Below, in pieces: positions 22,789 to 35,700 of a DNA stretch of 52,848 nt (within the stretch, counting starts at the first letter, position 1; the number at the start of each line of letters is the position of its first letter). Location of the stretch: the NCBI GenBank assembly GCA_002269645.1, contig NIVC01001320.1, positions 1 through 52,848 of the forward strand, read 5' to 3'. This DNA is from Macrostomum lignano (Eukaryota). The notes beneath the pieces were generated by a model. It saw only the letters and a list, made by a program, of their open reading frames with translations, was not told the origin of the DNA and ran no database searches. Position numbers and translations under genes: made by a program.

Positions 22789-24305
22789 ATGGCCTTCGAG
22801 CCGCCTATGGATAACCAAACTAATTCTAGGGACGGGGACCCTTCTAAACCCCAACCTCAGTCCGAAGGACCGGCCGGCCCTGCTGGCAGATCCCAACCGA
22901 CTGATTCAACTGTGGCAAAGGAAGGACCGGCTGGCTCTGCTGGCAGATCCGACCAGAGCTACCAAACTCATAATACCCAAAGACCTGCCAGCTCCGCTGG
23001 TGGATCTAAGGGAACCGCGAGCTCTGAGCCTAAAGGACCGGCCAAATCTGGCAGATCCGATGAAGCTCAGCGGGCTCGGCTTGAGCGCAAACGCGCTAAA
23101 CAACGCGCCAAAAGGCAGGCCAAGAAGGGAGCTGCGGGGGCCAAAGCGGCGGCGTCCACCATGGATGCTGAAGCGACTGGCGTCCCAAGGCAACCAGACG
23201 GGCCGGCCGGTGGAAGCTCCGGTAGTTCAGCGGCGGCGCTCCCTGGAGATGCTGCTGCGGCTGCTGAGGCCGAAACCACGGCGCAACAAATGGCCACTGC
23301 CAACAAGGAGGTTCCTTCGGGAGCTACCTTTGCGGCGAAGGCCAAGGCCAAAATCCCGGGAGTGATCATCCAAGGTCGCGACCAGGACTGGACCACTGAT
23401 CAGCTTCAAAAAGTGTGGAGAGCTGTTGACTCCTATCTGATTGAGCTGACTGTCGAGGAGGGAATCTCCATCGGCATTGAGCGGATGGTGCTGCGAAGCA
23501 CATTCGTTCTTATTGCTCCTAGCAGCGAGGAGGACGCTCGGCAGCTGCTCCAGCGGCTACCGACGGTCTCCTTAGATGCTGACCTTGGCGGAGCTCTTTT
23601 TCTTCGCGAGGGCCAGCGTCCAAAGACGATACCCTATGTGGTTTTCGTCCCTGCTAAGAGCACCGCAGCTGGACCAGACGTTATTCGCCGGGTCCTACTG
23701 CGTCTGAACCCCGACCTCCCTGCTAGTGGACTGGTGTATCACCGCAAAGTCCGCAGGGGGGAGACGGGCAACTCAATTGTCCTCGGCCTTTCCAGCACTT
23801 GGGCGAGTCGGTACCCTAATGGATCCTCTTTCCAGCTGGGTGCCCTCAAGCTCAAGATGCGCCGAGGAAAGTCTGCCAAAGGGAAGGCTACTGCCAACCC
23901 CGGCATCTCCGGCAAGAGCGGGGCGCAGTCTAAGGCCCAAGGAAAGGCGCAAGCCGATCCCAAAGCCAAAGCTGCATCTCGCCCCTCTGCTAGCAGCAGT
24001 TCGGCGACCGCGGTAACGGCTCCGGCCAAGCCCCGGGAACCAAACCTGCCAGTCGGAGAAGGGAGAAGGAGTTGAGGACGAGGCCGGGTCTTCGGAATCC
24101 GAGCTCTCCTCGGCCACCCTGGTGGGGTCTGAAGGTAAAGATGCAGGTGAGGAAGCTTCCTCCATCCTGTCATCGGAGCCTGAGGACTCTGCTGGGGGGG
24201 GGGGGCGGTGGGGGTGAGGAGGCCATGGACGTCGACCAACTCCCATCTCCCAGTCAAGCCCCAGCGGCCTGGGACGAGGACGATCTGTTGTCCAAGTCTC
24301 CTTGA
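22789..24305 (+). CDS. LINE ORF1 protein (probably DUF4780-like, no CCHC knuckle); two apparent +1 frameshifts near the 3' end
   Basis: ATG at 22789. The annotated frame stops at 24075, but an acidic reading continues after shifts at ~24064 and in the G12 run (24194-24205) to EEAMDVD...WDEDDLLSKSP* at 24305. The central region (...VVFVP...LLRLNPDL...) resembles LOA ORF1; this is recalled, not searched. Confidence 0.7.
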
Positions 24306-24344
24306 TGGCCCTGGGCTCTAGCCAGAAATTGCATTTAATACAGT

Positions 24345-27300
24345 ATGACTAAGCTCCACGCTGCCAAAGGAGCGACATTCTGTCTGCAAATTAATTTACA
24401 GCATTGCGTATCTGCGTCAGTAAATCTGATGAAGATTGCTGAGCTGTACAGGCCAGGCCTCATCCTGATCCAGGAACCCTGGATGCGCAACGGTAAGTTG
24501 CCCAACATTCCCTCTGGCTACTCTGATTTTTGTGTGTGGCCCGGGGAACAGCCGCCCTAGAGCGGCTATCCTCGCTGCTAGCCATCTCCAGGCTTGGCTG
24601 AGGACTGATCTCTCTGATGGAGACCTTTGTGTCATCCAATCTAATCATTTCTCTCCGCGTACGTGTCTTGTTGCCTCGGTTTATATCCCAGGCGACAGAG
24701 ACCCTGCTCCTGAGAGTTTACTGCGCCTCGCGCAGTACTGCGAGTCCCAGAACGCTGAGCTGTGCTTAGGGGGCGACCTCAACGCGCACCACAAGCACTG
24801 GGGCAGCAAAGATACCAACACTAGAGGAGAGAAGCTTCTGGCCCTCATCTCTAACACAAACCTCATGCTCTGCAACCGCGGCAGCACTCCTACCTTTAAT
24901 AATGGCAGATGGACCGAGGTCCTCGACGCCACACTCGTTACCCCAAGACTCTTTGACAGAGTTGAGGAGTGGAGAGTCTGGTCTGAGGAGCCCTCCCTGT
25001 CTGACCACTGCTTTATCGCCTTTAACATCGCGGACACTAAAACCCAGTCTCCGATCACTTGGAGACGCAATATCCGCAACACTGATTGGGCGGCCTACAA
25101 GGCTGCCCTTGATCTGCACCTGCAGGAACTCACGGACTTACGTCCGATTGAGACCTGCGAGGATGTGGATCATATGGCTGAGACGCTGACAGGTTGCATT
25201 ATTGAAGCCTACGAAGCGGCTTGTCCTGCTCGCGCCTACAAAGGCAAGACCTCGGCGCCGTGGTGGAACCCGGAGCTGGGGAAACTCAGGCGGAAGGCCA
25301 AAAGCCTTCATCGCCATGCCATGAAGACCGGAAACCCGGAGGACATGGAGCTTTTCCGGCAAGCCTCCCGCAATTTCAAATCTGAAGTGCGCAAGGTCAA
25401 GGAATGTAAGTGGCGCCAATTCTGCAATGAATTGGATCAAGACAGACCTACTTCTAGGCTTGTCAAGGCCCTTACAATGGACAAAATGTCCAAATTAGCC
25501 ATGATCAAAAAAGATGATGGCTCTCTTACTAAAGACCCTGAAGAAGTGCTTCAGCATATGCTTAGCACATTCTTCCCGAGGGTACCTACTGCTAGACCGG
25601 AGCCCAACCATTCGATGGATGGAGCCACCCTAGCGGCGGGCATTGTCACTGAAGACCTAATCGCTCGTGCGGTCAGAACCTTCAAACCCTTCAAATCTCC
25701 TGGACCTGATGGTATCTACCCTGTTCTCCTTCGTGAAGCAGCCAAGATACCCTCGTTCCTGAGACTCACCCGCAATCTTATGTGGGCCTCTATCCAGCTG
25801 GGATACGTTCCCAAATGCTGGACTGAAGCTCGGGTAGTCTTTATTCCCAAACCTGGGAAGGGTGACTACCAAAGCGTCAAAGCCTTCCGGCCTATTAGCT
25901 TAACGTCAGCAATGCTTAAGCTCACTGAGAGGCTTATTCTCTGGCGGCTGCTGTCCTGCGAGCTGACAGCGATGCCCCTCAGCAATAATCAGCACGCCTT
26001 CCGTACCGGGAGGTCGACTGACAGCGCCCTGCATGCGATTGTCGAGAAGATTGAAAGGGCGGTACTGGGTGACGGTTACGCTCTGGTTCTCTTTCTTGAC
26101 ATTGTTGGCGCCTTCGACAACGTTATCTTTGAAGCGTTTCAGAGAGCCCTTCAAAATCGCAAAGCTCATGCTACCCTCATACGGTGGATCATGTACATGA
26201 TCTCCAACCGTACGGTCACTGCCCAACTTCTTGGGCAAACTGCCTCCACCAGAGTCTGTAAGGGTGGACCCCAAGGCGGAGTCCTCACCCCGATGCTCTG
26301 GAACCTGGTCATGGACGCTCTTTTGAGTGACTCCCGACCCGACCCCGTCTTCAAAGTCGGGTATGCTGATGACGTCACGGCCATTGTGGCAGGACCGTCT
26401 CCCAGCACGCTCAGGGATCTGAGGCAGAGCTTTATCCACAAAGCAGAATCCTGGGCCAATGACAATGGTCTGGAACTCTCTGAGCCCAAAACCGTTGCCA
26501 TTATGTTTACCAGCAGACTACGCTGGAACATACGTCCTCTGCAGCTCTACGGCAGAGATATTGCCTTCGCGCACCAGACCAGATGTCTCGGGGTCATACT
26601 TGACCACCGGCTCAACTGGTCCTCCCACGTGAAAGCAAAAGCCAAGCGTGCCTCAGCCATCCTGGCCCAGCTCCGACGAGCACTTGGCACTTCTTGGGGT
26701 CTATCCCCAAAGCGGCTTTGGTGGATCTATACTTCCGTAGTTAGACCTGCCATTACGTACGCCTCTGTTGTCTGGGTTAGCGCTACCCAGGTCAAAAGCC
26801 ATGCAGACCTGCTCAACACGATCCAAGGCAGAGCGTGTAGGCTCATCTGCAACGCCACCAGGTCCACGCCCTTTGCTGGCATGGGGGCCTTCCTTAATCT
26901 TCCGCCTCTTGACCTCTTCATCAGGGGTGAGGCGGCTAGAACGACGCGGCGTCTAATTGATGCCGGCGTCAAATTCATTTACATGAGAGCACCTGCTAAG
27001 CGGAACCTTGTCCCGCATAGCGATCTGTGCCTCAACTTTCTCAATGAGTGTCAGGCCAATCGCGTCTTCACCGATGGCATTGCCTCAACGCTCAACCTGA
27101 GACAGCGCTACTCCGTAGCTATCGACTCGCGCGATAACATCAATGACCATTGGAACCCTGGTGAGCTTCATTGCTACACCGACGGTTCTAAGCAGTCAGC
27201 CAACACCGGCTTTGGTGTTGGAATCTTTCTGAACGGGAGGGTCATCGCTACCCACGCTCAATACACTGGGGTCAACTCCAGTGTTTTCCAAAATGAAGTT

Positions 27301-28083
27301 CTGGCCATCAGCTCCTGCACTGCAGAGCTTCTCGCCACTGGCGTTACTGGTAAGAACATCATTTTCCATTCGGACAGCCAAGCTGCCTTGCACGCCATCA
27401 GTGGCTGCAGCACCAACTCTGCTACAGTCCTTGACTGTATTAAACTCCTCAATGTGTTGGGTTCCGCCAACAAAATTACCCTTAAGTGGGTTCCGGGGCA
27501 TGTGGGGATCCGAGGAAATGAGTTGGCTGACACCCTTGCAAAAGTTGGTGCCTCCGGCTCCTCTCTCGGCCCCGAACCTCTTGTCCCGATTCCTGGCTGT
27601 GTCATCGACTCGCGCATCAAAGCGTGGATCAGGACTCAGCACCGCTCGACTTGGGCGAACCGCACGAACTGCAGGAAATCCAGAGGCGCTGTCCCTCAGC
27701 CCTCTCACCAGCTCCGGAAGCTCCTCTTGCGCCTCTCGCGCAGAGACATCCGGGCTGCCACCATGACCCTCTCTGGTCACGGCTGCTTCTCCAGGCACCA
27801 GTACCTGCAGGGCAACGCCACCAACGCCACCTGTAGTTTCTGCAACTCAGGTGACGAAACCGCTGAGCATTTCGTCAGCATCTGTCCCGCCTTCACGCGG
27901 GCCAGACTCACTTACCTCGGGCCACACACATCTATTACTGAAGCGTGCAAACCCGAAAACTTTAATCAGCTCATGCGCTACCTTCGGGCCACCCGCAGGG
28001 CTGAACTCTCCTTTCCAGAGAGCACCATAGCTGTTGGCGACACTGGGGGACCTCCCTGGGCGGCGCCAACCCTCCGTCCATAG
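24345..28083 (+). CDS. LINE ORF2: AP endonuclease, reverse transcriptase, RNase H and CCHC; one +1 frameshift at ~24543
   Basis: APE motifs LQINLQHC, IQEPW, GGDLNAHH..WGS and SDHC. RT motifs FRPISL, QHAFR, FLDIVGAFD, PQGGVL and YADD. RNase H motifs YTDGSK, FQNEV, SDSQAAL and WVPGHVGIRGNELAD. C-terminal GHG...CSFC...ETAEHFVSIC. Confidence 0.92.
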
Positions 28084-29746
28084 CGACGCGTCGGCCGTTC
28101 AGGGACTAGCGGAATGGGCGCCCGCGCCTTCCCGCTGTGTCCCCTCCGGGACAGCCCTGCAGCTAAGTAAGTAAGTAATCTTACGTCTTCAACTTTAAAA
28201 AACCTTTTAAAATTGCCTGCTCTTCGTTTGCCTTTTATTAGAATGGTCGATTTTATTGGAATAAATCGACGAACTGCAGTGGCCTGAAGAAGTCATTACG
28301 AAGGCTGGGAAGTGACTAAACGTAACGGTGACTTTGGTTGACCAGTCCTGTGGTTCTGTCTCCTGTAAGTTTTGGAGTACGTCCTCCGAATTAAGCTGTC
28401 AATTAGATATTGGCGACATTTTGTCAATATGACGAGCAAAAGTACAGGAGTACGCCAGCGCTGTCGTACTTGGATGTTACTGTCTCTGACGTTCGGCTCA
28501 ACTTGGACGACACCGAGGTTAAGACTTTAAAAGAGTGGCACACGAGTGCTAACAGAGCGAGACAGTTTTAATGAGTTTCAATGTTTTAATTTGGCCACTC
28601 CGTTGTCGGAAGGCGCGGTTGGCAGCTCTTTTAACGTAAGTGGGGACAACACGCGGTTAATATCAACAGCCACCAGAGTTTTTTTGCAAAAATAATAAGT
28701 AAAGTTGTCATGAACTTTAAGAAAATAAGACATGAAAGCATATTCATCGTAACTTATTTAATTTAGTATCCTCTGTACTATAGTTTTACACACTAGTGTT
28801 ACTACGCTTGTATATTGCATATTATTCGGTAATGGTAGATTGTATAGTATTCAACGAAGTTGTATACTATACAAGTGCATTGTACTTATACTTTCACTCA
28901 GCGCGCAGTCATTATTCCACACCTTTGTCGCTGTCATTATTCCACAATTTTTTATCATGCTTCAATTGGCTGTTTTAAGAGTTATTTTACCCATAGACCT
29001 ACATGTCTATGGGTAAGCGCTACATAGACGCTACATGATGTTATTAAAAAAAACTTGTACTGCATTTTTTGGCTCCTCAATGGGAAGCGCTGATTGCTAG
29101 TAAATTACTAAATTTGGGATTGCCTATTTGGATCACTACTACTGAAAAATCTTTGTGCGCTACTAACCGCAGTAGATAAATTCGGGTTTAACTCCTAAAT
29201 TTCCGCGATGCTCATTAAAAGAAACAATTCTTCCATTTAACTCTTCCGTCTTCTGATTCTGAATTAATTGATTGGCTGCTATTTTTGATTGAGTCCACAT
29301 TCCACAAGTCTTATTCCTGCATGGTCAAGAGTGCGGGAATGACATCTGCACGATTCTTAGCTTTAAGTCATGAATCCCCAGAATCCATTTCTTTGTATTC
29401 TTCTGTTCTGTGCAAAGCACTAGGAAAGTCAATATTGCAAATTCAGGAGCTTTTCATTGAATTTACAATTAGTCATGTCACCAATGTTTCGAGTCGAAAC
29501 TTTCGACTTGCGAAAATCTCTTTTAAATTAATAAAGTATGGACTCGTCAATAAAAATGACAAGAAGAAAAAAATACTGATGCAGATTTTACAAATTTGAA
29601 ATCGTGATCGTGACCACGACCGAACACTAATTACACGACATAAATCCATAAATTAAGAGATGCTTTGTTTAAAGCAGTAATAAATTAATCGTACATCGCT
29701 GACTTACTTTCCATGCTTGTATATGCTACAAAACTAAGTCTTTAGC

Positions 29747-29896
29747 CAGGGGCGTAACCAAGGGGGGGGACACTGGGGACATGTCCTCCCTGAAGGGGAA
29801 AAACTTTTACTGCCTTTGTATTTTGCTTCCATCACTTCCATCGGAGATGGATTTATGTTTCTGTCCCCCCTGACGTAAATCCTAGCTACGCGTCTC
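29747..29896. mobile_element. Degenerate hAT-like MITE (~150 bp)
   Basis: TIR-like ends CAGGGGCGTAACCAAGG / CCTAGCTACGCGTCTC. The 8-bp flanks TCTTTAGC / TCTTCAAC match at 6 of 8 positions. Confidence 0.5.
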
Positions 29897-32777
29897 TCTT
29901 CAACAATACCTTTACAAAGTCACTAACGATATACAAATAACAGTTATGGACAAACTATAACAATTAGGCCTACTATACTATACATAACTCAATAGACCTA
30001 TAACATTTTTAATTCATATGAAGTCAGATCGCGTCTCTTGACCTCGTCCTAACCTAAATGTCTGCAATATTGAATAAATCCAACCCAAGGGGACTCACCC
30101 GATGCTGATACTGCATAGTGATAGTTTAAGGGTACTGAATTGGATATGGTATTTTGGAAGCGCTATGTCCTTATTAAGAGTAGAAGCTAAGCTTTTAAGA
30201 AACGATTTTTGTTCTCGCTTCACAAATGCCTAGGGCGTAAAGCAGGCTGTAAGAAATTGGGGGCTAGACCTAACATGGACAACTGACCATGACCAATAAT
30301 AAACCGAACCCGGCCCCTCCCTCCTCGAAATGGGGTGTTTTTCTGTCTGGAATCTGGATTAAACTCGTTGGCCAATGAGACACCGTTTATTCGTATATCG
30401 TGTATTTACAAGTACAACTAAGGTCTGTCTACGCCTGAATTATCGATTGGCGGGGGGGGGGGGGGGTAGAGATAGCTTGTGCGTGTGTGGGTTCAGTTTA
30501 TTTGGCTCTACTTGAAATTATCAATCGATCCGTCACCCAATCCCTTTCTAAATGTACACTGCGCGTGAAAAAGCTTCGGGGTACGGATAACACTAAAAAC
30601 ACTGACCCACCCCACTCCTATTATTACATAGTATCAGTTTATCAGCGTAGTTTAGCGATGCAGTCAAAGCTCAAAATCTGGAGATGCCGCCCTGGCCCGC
30701 CCTCAATAGCTATAGGGTATGGACATGGTATTATTAAATAGCTGCTAGTATACAGGGCGATTTCTTATCAAAGTTACTTTATATCGCATTTACTTCTTAT
30801 AGAATAGTCATTATTGCTCATTGCTGTTCACTATATTCCTATTGAATAAGCCGACTAACGTGGTTTTATGCTCTAATAATTATTCCTTAAATATCTCTAT
30901 TATGTCTAGCTAGCAACAATACGAATAAATTACGATTCATGCCAAAATTAAGAATACGCTTGATACTCGACAAAACTGAAAACCGCCAGCGCACCTGAGC
31001 AGGAGTTGGATAAACTTGCGTCAATTTAAAGTTTAAGTTGGCTGATGTCTATCGATCTGCCCAATCCTGCCATTTAAAGTGGCAGTTTTCAATTCAATGT
31101 TGCCGAGTATAGCTGACTTTTTTTTAATCAAATTGGCGCTAAAATATTTCAATGACTGGGAACTGAGACTCTTGCTCCCCTGGCAAAAAGCAATGCCTGT
31201 CCCTAGCGCCTTACAATGACAGAACTATTGACTATGGACAGACACAAACTATGTGCATTAAGCTAAACAGGAGTTAATTATAGCCAATTACTTTTAAAAT
31301 ACAATAATGAGCCGGTCCGTATTGCATTCTATCTCTTCAGAGATGGATCGAAGCCACCAACCAACTCTAAACTCTTCAGAGATAGGTCGTGAAATCTTTT
31401 TCCGCGTTCGAATGAAGGACGCAGGTATTATGAATTAAACTGTTATGCTCCACAATCAACACTACAGCATCAGCATGTTGGAACGTCAGTAAGATCATTG
31501 GGATATTCATTATTCAACTTTCTGAGATACCGAAACATCAATCTGCACCGATACCGACAAGTCTGGTGGATTTATACTACGTACGCATACTGATACTACA
31601 AGTGTCGAGTACATGTAGATATAGGCCAGTGGGCTACTTAAGCATATTTGCTTAATAAAACAACTTCTCTACGTCAACTTCAGTAGCAAGGAAGAATGTG
31701 TTAGCAATTTAATTTTATGCAAAGAAAGGCAGTTGGCATGACTTGCAGACGCACAAACAACTCGCTATTGGCGCAGCCGTAATGTACATTAGCCAAGCCA
31801 GCGTGGTTGCAAATGTACATGGCAGGCAGCTTTAGGCTGGAACTTGAGGAGGGCAATAAAACTGGGCGGCGGCGGCGGCCTGCCGGCCAATAAACGAGTC
31901 TTAATTCTAAAATACATAAAAACGTTTCGATTTCGCTTTCTACTGAACTGAAAGTAGCTTACACGCAAAATGTAACAAAAAATGACCAAGTCAGAACGGC
32001 AAGCGAATGATAAATAGTTAAGTACGAACAAACTAAAGTGGGACGATATTTTTCAATTGAATTTAATGCACAGTTTCTATATATATCAAGGTATCATTGT
32101 TTCCGAGCGCACGGGCTATCTAAGTTACTGTAGTATCGCTATTACCGTTTTATGAGACGCGGTACAAAAAAACGGAGTTTAACTAAAAAAAGTTGAAAAG
32201 ACGGTTGGGCCAACGGTGGCTGGTTCGATTTAATCTAAATCGAGTTTCTTTTCCAAACGTTTCAAACGGATATTGGGTGTAAAGTGGGGTTGTAAAAACC
32301 GTAATCCTACTACTGAAAAATGATTTGAATGAAGCTGCTTCACAGGGAGACTACTTGTAGTTATCAAGGGTACTAAGAACGATGCTACGCTATTAAAACA
32401 AACGATTTATTTTAGGTAAATAAGCTACAATAATCTACAATACACACACAAGAGCAATTATCATGTATAGTTTCTCTTTTTTCAAAAAAAGCACGTCCGA
32501 AAAAGTGCACGCTCCAGTAATTGCTGATGGCAAGAAGTGATAATACGAGCGTAGAGAAACAACACAGAACGGCTATAGTAGGGGCTGAAGCTACATACAT
32601 ACTCACTCAACACACTTTTTGCAAACTGTGTTGGCGACTACACTACAAACTTCTGAGATTGTTAATTTAATGACAGGCAGGGGGGGGCATATTTGAACAG
32701 AAAAAAATCTCTAAAAATCGATAGACCAAGCAACAACACAAACATCTGTGGTTTTTCGTCGCTAATAATGATGGCTG

Positions 32778-35700
32778 TTAATGAGCCGGTTTCTGGCGAT
32801 TTTTTACGGCGGTGAGGACCTTGTCGGCCGCCTCCGGGATCCGCGTGCCCGGCCCGAACACCTCGGCAACGCCGCTCTGCTTCAGAAAGTCGTAGTCCTG
32901 CGGCGGAATAACACCGCCGGCGATAACGACAATGTCAGAGCGGCCCTGCTCGCGCAGCAGCTTGATTAGCTCAGGGATGAGGGTCTTGTGCCCGGCGGCC
33001 AGGCTGCTCACACCGATGGCGTGAACGTCCGCGTCAACGGCCTGTTGGACGGCCTCAGCCGGGGTGGAGAACAGCGGGCCGACGTCCACGTCCCAGCCCA
33101 AATCGGCGAACCCGGTGGCGATCACCTGTAGAAGTCGATAGATGGAAAATAAAACCAGAGCCGAGTCAGGATACCGTTGCATTATTTGACTGACAGCAGT
33201 TTGACTGACAGCATTTTGACTGACAGCAATTTGACGGACAGCAATTTGACTGACAGCAATTTGACTGACAGCAATTTGACGGACAGCAATTTGACTGACA
33301 GCAATTTGACTGACAGCATTTGACTGACAGCAATTTGACTGACAGCATTTTGACTGACAGCATTTTGACTGACAGCATTTTGAACTGACAGCAATTTGAC
33401 TGACAGCATTTTGACTGACAGCATTTTGAACTGACAGCAATTTGACTGACAGCAGTTTGACTGACAGCATTTTGAACTGACAGCATTTTGACTGACAGCA
33501 TTTTGACTGACAGCATTTTTACTGACAGCATTTTGAACTGACAGCAATTTGACTGACAGCATTTTGAACTGACAGCAATTTGACTGACAGCATTTTGACT
33601 GGCAGCATTTTGACTGACAGCATTTTGACTGACAGCAATTTGACTGACAGAATTTTTACTGACAGCATTTTGAACTGACAGCAATTTGACTGACAGCATT
33701 TTGACTGACAGCAATTTGACTGACAGCAGTTTGACTGACAGCATTTTGACTGACAGCATTTTTACTGACAGCATTTTGAACTGACAGCAATTTGACTGAC
33801 AGCATTTTGAACTGACAGCAATTTGACTGACAGCATTTTGACTGGCAGCAATTGAACTGACAGCATTTTGACTGACAGAATTTTTACTGACAGAATTTTT
33901 ACTGACAGCATTTTGAACTGACAGCAATTTGAACTGACAGCATTTTGACTGACAGCATTTTGAACTGACAGCAATTTGACTGACAGCATTTTGAACTGAC
34001 AGCAATTGAACTGACAGCATTTTGAACTGACAGCAATTGAACTGACAGCATTTTTACTGACAGCATTTTGAACTGACAGCATTTTGAACTGACAGCATTT
34101 TGACTGACAGCATTTTGAACTGACAGCAATTGAACTGACAGCATTTTGAACTGACAGCAATTTGACTGACAGCATTTTGACTGACAGCATTTTGAACTGA
34201 CAGCAATTTGACTGACAGCATTTTGACTGGCAGCATTTTGAACTGACAGCAATTGAACTGACAGCATTTTGAACTGACAGCATTTTGAACTGACAGCATT
34301 TTGAACTGACAGCATTTTGAACTGACAGCATTTTGAACTGACAGCAATTGAACTGACAGCATTTTGAACTGACAGAATTTTGACTGACAGCATTTGGGCT
34401 AGGATTAATCATCATTATTAACAGCACTGCCCCACTCACCTTGCCGCCCCTGTCGTGCCCGTCCTGGCCCAGTTTGGCCACCAGAATGCGCGGCTGGCGA
34501 CCCTCGGCGGTGGCGAACTCCCTAACCCTGGCCATGATGCTGTCCAGCGCCTCGTTTTTGCCCATCTCGGACAGGTAGGCGCCAGACACTAGCCGGTCGT
34601 GGGCAACGTGCCGGCCGAACACGATCTCCATGGCGTCCGTGATCTCGCCGATGGTGGCCCGCTGTCTGGCAGCCTCGATGGTCAGAGCGAGAAGATTGGC
34701 GCCCTCCGATCGGCAGCCTTCGGTGATGTCGGCCAGGGCCTGATATTAGCCGTAATAATTATTAGTCATTTCCAGGAAACCAAAATCCAATTAAAATATT
34801 TCAAGGAAGCAGAAATCATTTTAACATTTGAAGGAAACGAAAAGTATCCTTATTTTTTTCCAAGAAAACAGCAATCGATCGAAAATCATTTCCGAAAAAT
34901 CGCATAACTAAAGCACATTTCTAGGAAATTGAATCGAAATTATTTAAACAAATTTCAAAACAATGTTTTCAACAAAGTAACGAAGAGAACAAAGAACGAC
35001 TCTATGAAAGTACCGATCCAAGAAAATGAGCAAAGCGTAATTTTTTAGCTCAAATTACCTTCTCAACGCCGGCCTTGTTGCGCTTGGATCGGGTTTGCTG
35101 CACCCGAGCCTTCTGCGCCTCCAGCACCATCGTGTTGTCAATGACCAACACATCAACCTTCTCTTTCTCTGCCTGGTCCGGCGGCAGACGGTACTTGTTG
35201 ACCCCGACTATCACCTCGTTACCGCTGTCTATGCGGGCCTGAGGGGTGAGAACCGGGATTGTAGTGTTCTTGCAGGAGCCTGGGGATCTGGGAGGCTGGC
35301 CCAGTAACAGAGAGTCTGAGAGGCTGGCCCAGTAACAGAGAGTCTGAGAGGCTGGCCCAGCAACTGGGGATCTGGGAGGCTGGCCCAGTAACCGAGAGTC
35401 TGAGAGGCTGGCCCAGAAACTGGGGATCTGGGAGGCTGGCCCAGTAACTGGGGATCTGGGAGGCTGGCCCAGTAACTGGGGATCTGGGAGGCTGGCCCAG
35501 CAACCGAGAGTCTGAGAGGCTGGCACAGCAACTGGGGATCTGGGAGGCTGGCCCAGTAACCGAGAGTCTGAGAGGCTGGCCCAGAAACTGGGGATCTGGG
35601 AGGCTGGCCCAGTAACTGAGGATCTGGGAGGCTGGCCCAGCAACCGAAAGTCTGAGAGGCTGGCACAGCAACTGGGGATCTGGGAGGCTGGCCCAGTAAC

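Larger units (their letters stand above)
22272..28175 (+). mobile_element. Full-length non-LTR retrotransposon, LOA/Lian-like (I group)
   Basis: 10-bp TSD TAATCTTACG (22262-22271, 28176-28185), ~520-bp GC-rich 5' UTR, two ORFs, a short structured 3' UTR and a (TAAG)3 tail. Confidence 0.9.
21727..28590 (+). pseudogene. RPA1-like OB-fold gene, copy 2, frameshifted and split by a LINE in its intron
   Basis: Exon 1 (~21727-22131) encodes VTGLVTELKDVKSY...GQVFAFVWVDD.../SVFGKDMRSVWE. Exon 2 starts at 28242 after the acceptor CCTTTTATTAG and encodes MVDFIG.../DELQWPEEVITKAGK*LNVTVTLVDQSCGSVSCKFW...DILSI*RAKVQEY. Both match copy 1, with the intron at the equivalent position. Confidence 0.75.

Noticed and set aside
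22906-27836. Long antisense and alternative-frame ORFs inside the LINE
   Set aside because: These are expected shadows of GC-rich coding sequence and show no recognisable domains.
32412-32606. Hydrophobic ORF just downstream of MMUT resembling a claudin-family first helix (LSLLAISNYW), as a possible operon partner
   Set aside because: It is only 64 codons, with no convincing acceptor, donor or downstream exons.
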